DNA of 64,000 bases from Octopus sinensis (lineage: Eukaryota), in NCBI RefSeq assembly GCF_006345805.1, contig NW_021836170.1:1-64000 (forward strand). Reading direction: 5' to 3'. The position numbers and the translations under genes were made by a program. Under the pieces are notes generated by a model. The model did not search any database. It was not told the origin of the DNA and saw nothing but the letters and a program-made list of their open reading frames with translations. The stretch's first letter is position 1, and each line of letters begins with the position of its first letter. Below, one piece after another: positions 61,745 through 64,000 of the stretch.

Positions 61745-63630
61745 CTAATTTTCTCTTTGACTTCTCTCTTCTGAAATTATCATCCTTTCCAACTCTTTTA
61801 TTACCTCGCATCGAGGTACCCTGACCTAACAATCAAATATAATCACAAAAACCTCCTCCCGAGAATTAACTCGTTGAATAACCACAATTTCGTTCGCAAT
61901 TTCATCCTCCCCAATGATGACCGCAAACTTTATTTTCTTGTCTTGACATATAATTTTTTGCCCTTTAAATTTTGTATTTTCTTTATAACAAAACTCGGTC
62001 TACGTATATGATTCGATCACGGATACATTAATTCCCCCATCAAACAATTCGCGACACAATTTGATCCTTTCATGAATCATTTGATTACTCTTCTCTTTGC
62101 TTGGAATCGAAATCACAAACACGTCTGTGTAGTTTGTCTTCAAGTTTTGATTATTTTTCTGAAAATAATTAATTTTTGTAGTTATTTATCGAAATATTAA
62201 AAAAAACTTTTAATTGCGATTCTGAAAATGCGAAAAGGCGTTCAACTCCAATGGAGAAACCGACACAGGGAATTTGTGATCCCTTCTCTTGAAACATATT
62301 TACTAAGTTATCATAACGGCCGCCTCCCGCAACACTTCCCACAGAATACTCGTCTTCACACTGCCCTAATTGAAATATGCAAAACACAAAACCTATAAAC
62401 TGTACTTCAAATATAAGTCCTGTGTAATAATCCAACCCTCTCGCCAAACTCAAGTCGAAATTTAACTAATATTAGCTGTTAAACTACTTTGGAAGCTATT
62501 CCAAAAGATTCGCAATACTCAAAAAGGGTCTCCATTTCCTTCAAAGCTTCTTGAGCACCTGCATTTCTTTTCAATGTTTCGTCCATTTGTAATTTTTCGA
62601 CCAACTCCTTTCCTCCTATATAATTATCATATTCAAGTTAATAAAATAATTAATCATTCAAATAAAACCGTTTAGTTGAACATATTTCTTAAGGTTTCCA
62701 ACCACATGTGAATTAATATTTTTAATTTGCAGCAGCTCAGTTTCAACTTCATCCCATGAAATCTCAATTGTATTAAAAATCAGAGTACTTTGTCTAATTT
62801 ATCAATCGAAGAACAAATCGTTGTGAATTTATCAGGAGGAGAATCTAAAGATTCCAACAACCCGTCCAGCAATTTTCTACTGTTTATCTACCCTTTGATA
62901 CAGCAATATCACCTTTATTACAAAATCAGACAAATCGAGATTAGTGAAAATCTCATAAATTATCCGTAACACCTCCGCATCTGGCAGCAACGAGGAATAG
63001 TCTCCGGCAATGTCAAAGTCCTTAGGAAATAGTTTCTTGTAGAACTTACACATTGCATGAACTCCCTAAACCTTCCGCGACCCATAGCGGGATTGTCTCT
63101 CCTGTATACTTTACCAATGTGATATCTTTTCATATTCATAATCTTTCTCGATGCCAAATATCTGGCAAAAGGGACCTTCAGGTATTTTTAGTGATAAAAA
63201 ACTGTTAGATCATATCTTAGAGACAACAATTCCCCTCCCTGGTCTGCCAAATCGTAGATCAATTTCGAGTCCTCTCCATATTTCCCCGTTAATAATTCCT
63301 TGCGTTCAAAAACTGGGGTGTCGATTCTTTCGGCTCCGTGTTGCTTAAAGCAGGAAATAATTTTATTGAGAATCTCCTCTCTGATAATCATTTGAGAAGG
63401 AATAAAGTCTTTAGTGCCCTGAGTGAATGTTAGTTCAATTTACTTTGGCTGTCTTTATTTTTAATTTTGGAGTCTCTTGAGCTTTATTTCGTAGAATAAA
63501 GAGTTTATTTACTTCACCCTGAATCTTATTTTAATTATGGTTTTTTTATATTTACTTCTTCGTTGGTTAAATTTTCGTAGTTGAGAGTTTTTAATATTTC
63601 ATAGCGGTCGGAAAGTTCTTTAGAACACAT
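61745..63630 (-). CDS. HARS: Histidyl-tRNA synthetase, multi-exon
   Basis: [76 protein letters not shown] and [11 protein letters not shown]. Confidence 0.96.
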
Positions 63631-64000
63631 CGATAAACAACGTGGAAGTCTGATTTTTAAAAAGTTCAAAATCATTGATTTGAATTTTGAAAATAATATA
63701 TTAATAGAAAGTTCCGTTTAATAAATTATATATAATCAATTTTTAGCTTCGTTTCCAAGCAGTTCCTATCGAGTCATCTCGCCAGCCAATCATCGGGATT
63801 TTTAAGTGAATAGTTCAGCTTGAGAATATTAAGATTAGATTCAATTAAATTAAAAATTATTAGACTAAGGAAAAGTATAATTAAGGAAATCTTAGATTAT
63901 TTTTAAAGGTTTTTCCTACCAGGTAATATCTGACGAGATATCATGTTTCATGGTGATTTGGTTGGCGGAATTGACATCTCAATTATTTAAGGCTTTAGCC

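Noticed and set aside
1-64000. Bacterial or viral origin, or a horizontally acquired defence system
   Set aside because: All recognisable genes are intron-containing animal orthologues, and all RTs and integrases belong to eukaryotic TE clades.

Overview
AT-rich eukaryotic (animal) genomic DNA. The host genes are compact and interrupted by GT-AG introns of only about 22-29 nt, and roughly half the window is decayed transposons. Recognisable host genes: TRMT10, PEN-2, ORC5, a histidine phosphatase, a SMYD methyltransferase, CLEC16A, a ZnT zinc transporter, FAD synthase, XBP1, a truncated and fold-back-duplicated SLC5, an apparently disrupted EXOSC5, an innexin, a Rab11-FIP, TMEM19, HARS and tRNA-Arg(TCG). 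Miniature introns plus a protostome-style innexin suggest a highly reduced parasitic animal such as a dicyemid or orthonectid (inference). Mobile DNA: CRE-, R4/Dong-, RTE- and I/Jockey-like LINE fragments, plus Tc1, pogo, hAT and Ginger DNA transposons. Main highlights: (1) a complete IRE1-type unconventional 20-nt intron structure in XBP1; (2) a Ginger transposase carrying host-sized mini-introns; (3) a Rab11-FIP with an inserted Sec5-like IPT domain; (4) a three-level nested DNA transposon; (5) a fold-back element with 21-bp arrays; (6) a gene-truncating palindrome. All calls were made by eye without database searches, and the boundaries of degenerate elements are approximate.
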